Origin: Felis catus | Taxonomy: Eukaryota | Length of the DNA stretch: 64,000 nt | NCBI RefSeq assembly: GCF_018350175.1 | Contig: NC_058368.1 | Location: 61,878,001-61,942,000 of the forward strand | Direction of reading: 5' to 3' | Shown here: positions 63,738 to 64,000 of the stretch, one piece after another | Position numbering within the stretch: the stretch's first letter is position 1 | Layout: every line of letters starts with the position of its first letter | The notes under the pieces: model-generated | Told to the model about the DNA's origin: nothing | The model's database searches: none | What the model saw: only the letters and a program-made list of their open reading frames with translations | Position numbers and translations under genes: made by a program

Positions 63738-64000
63738 AGTATACAGTATTATAAAAATAGCAATTGATTTATGAAAAACACCTAAAACATCATTCTCAAT
63801 ATCATACTCTATAGATGGCTTTTATTAATCCCTAACCCACAGACAATCTACCAATAAATTCTGTTTTAGGGTCATCCTTCAAAATACATTCAGAATCAGA
63901 GCACCTTAACACTGCTTCTTGTAAATTGGAAATAAAATCCTAAATTAGACAAGGTCACACTCTTACTCAAAACACCATGGTTTCATTTTTGCATAAAGAT

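Overview
AT-rich, gene-poor mammalian genomic DNA, almost certainly from a cat-family (felid) genome: it carries about 24 tRNA-derived carnivore SINEs (CAN-SINE/SINEC), several of the young feline type, and feline-type L1 3' ends. I found no supportable functional protein-coding gene. The ORF track reflects SINEs, L1 ORF2 pieces, microsatellites and two pseudogenised coding sequences. Recognisable content: (i) a full-length processed RPS24 pseudogene with TSDs that preserves the 22-nt alternative microexon; (ii) a U6 snRNA-L1 chimeric retrocopy; (iii) two copies of one pogo/Tigger DNA-transposon family (9846-11106 minus, an internal-deletion derivative with both TIRs; 58240-59582 plus, the 5' half with decayed transposase) that together reconstruct much of a transposase and are a candidate lineage-specific invasion; (iv) two 5'-inverted (twin-primed) L1 insertions; (v) several nested insertions; (vi) old MIR, L2, L1M, MaLR/ERVL/ERV1 LTR and hAT relics; (vii) small template-switch/duplication scars. 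Repeat subfamily names are recalled from consensus sequences, not from a database search, and boundaries of old elements are approximate.
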